Virus record (IMG/VR): IMGVR_UViG_2799113183_000001
Coordinates: 3,426-67,425 of that record
Direction: 5' to 3' (one strand)
Origin: a virus
Lineage: Duplodnaviria; Caudoviricetes
DNA: 64,000 nucleotides
Below are positions 63,095-64,000 of this stretch, in pieces. The notes below the pieces were generated by a model. It worked only from the letters and a program-made list of their open reading frames with translations. It was not told the origin of the DNA and did not search any database. Made by a program: the position numbers and the translations under genes. Position 1 is the stretch's first letter; every line of letters starts with the position of its first letter.

Positions 63095-63631
63095 GTGAGC
63101 TTGATCTACACGGCACAGACGGGCACCTTTGAGGACTTCCTCAAGGTGTACGGCCCAGCTGATGCAACACTGCTGGGCGCGGGAGGTAGGTCGCTGCTTT
63201 TCTACTCTGTTATGAATCGGGACGTGGATGCGCGGGTAGCCATCACGACGCGCCTTCTTGACGATGGGGCGGATGCATCTATTGTCTCGGGGGGTATCAA
63301 CGTGCTTCATGTGCTGTTCGGTCGCCGTGGCCATGATGCCGAGTTGGAGGCCCCAGTGCTGCGCCGCTTGATTGAGCGTGGGGCTGACATCAACCTTGTG
63401 TCGAAAAGATCGGGACCTCCACTGGTCGGACTCATGGAACACGGGCCGCTGCCGGAAAGCGCGCGGGTACCGTTCTATAGCGTCTTTTTTGAGCGATCTG
63501 ACCTCGACTTAGGTGTCCCGGCAATGCGCGCTGGCAAGTCGCTTAAAGAATTCATTCTCGCCCATTCCGGCATGCCGCTCCTTCGTGACTATGTTCTTGA
63601 ATACGAGTCGGCTAAGAGTGGCGGGGTATGA
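63095..63631 (+). CDS. ankyrin-repeat-like candidate immunity protein
   Basis: LLDDGADAS, LIERGADINL ankyrin-like repeats; directly after the toxin. Confidence 0.75.
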   Translation: MSLIYTAQTGTFEDFLKVYGPADATLLGAGGRSLLFYSVMNRDVDARVAITTRLLDDGADASIVSGGINVLHVLFGRRGHDAELEAPVLRRLIERGADINLVSKRSGPPLVGLMEHGPLPESARVPFYSVFFERSDLDLGVPAMRAGKSLKEFILAHSGMPLLRDYVLEYESAKSGGV

Positions 63632-63634
63632 GCA

Positions 63635-64000
63635 ATGGCCGAGTACATGGAGCTCATTCCTAAAGCTGGCGTATGCCTTGCCACAAAGAATGTCACCGAG
63701 CGTCGCGGTCTTGTGCGCTGGATGTGGCGGAGACCATCACAAGGTGTCGCGGACAATGGATGGCGCGTTATGAGCCATCTTGACACAACCGAATACCTGA
63801 ACGACCGCACAAACTGGCAGATGGTTTCATTCAACGACTTATGTAATGTCGAGCCTGCGCTTATCGGTGTTTACGACTTCCCGGTGGGGGCTGACCTTCA
63901 GATCGTTCGAGATGAGCGCGGTATCTCTATTTATGACAATACTACGGGCACGCAGATTCCCGAGGAGAATTTCTACGTACCGCCCCAGTTTAGGGCATAG
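63635..64000 (+). CDS. DUF2185-like candidate immunity protein
   Basis: WMWRRPSQGVADNGWRVMS...EYLND..N...PVGADL. Confidence 0.75.
   Translation: MAEYMELIPKAGVCLATKNVTERRGLVRWMWRRPSQGVADNGWRVMSHLDTTEYLNDRTNWQMVSFNDLCNVEPALIGVYDFPVGADLQIVRDERGISIYDNTTGTQIPEENFYVPPQFRA

Noticed and set aside
1-64000. Integrase, immunity repressor, att sites, DNA polymerase
   Set aside because: None recognisable in the window; temperate status is inferred only from the toxin cassette and layout

Overview
This window is about 64 kb of a temperate mycobacteriophage (siphovirus), most likely a prophage of the M. abscessus/chelonae type; no integrase or repressor falls inside it. From left to right: (1) a 5'-truncated DUF2828 (TROVE/Ro60-like, vWA) gene followed by three tandem structured RNAs, one containing a circularly permuted tRNA-like domain; (2) a rightward recombination/replication/accessory arm (Cas4-like exonuclease, ERF, DnaB, SSB, RusA, three WhiB-like proteins, a Prs-like + Nampt-like pair resembling NARP1, PNK, RNA ligase, DEDD exonuclease, HNH nucleases); (3) an array of 18 tRNA genes interrupted by a reverse-strand secreted/membrane-protein cassette; (4) a leftward operon of small genes with two promoter/operator sites; (5) a repeat-rich non-coding gap, the probable packaging/genome-end region; (6) a complete virion morphogenesis and lysis operon; (7) an ESX-type polymorphic toxin cassette (WXG100-like, GH-E-type nuclease toxin, two candidate immunity genes). 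All family assignments come from motif recognition and hand-folding; no searches were run.
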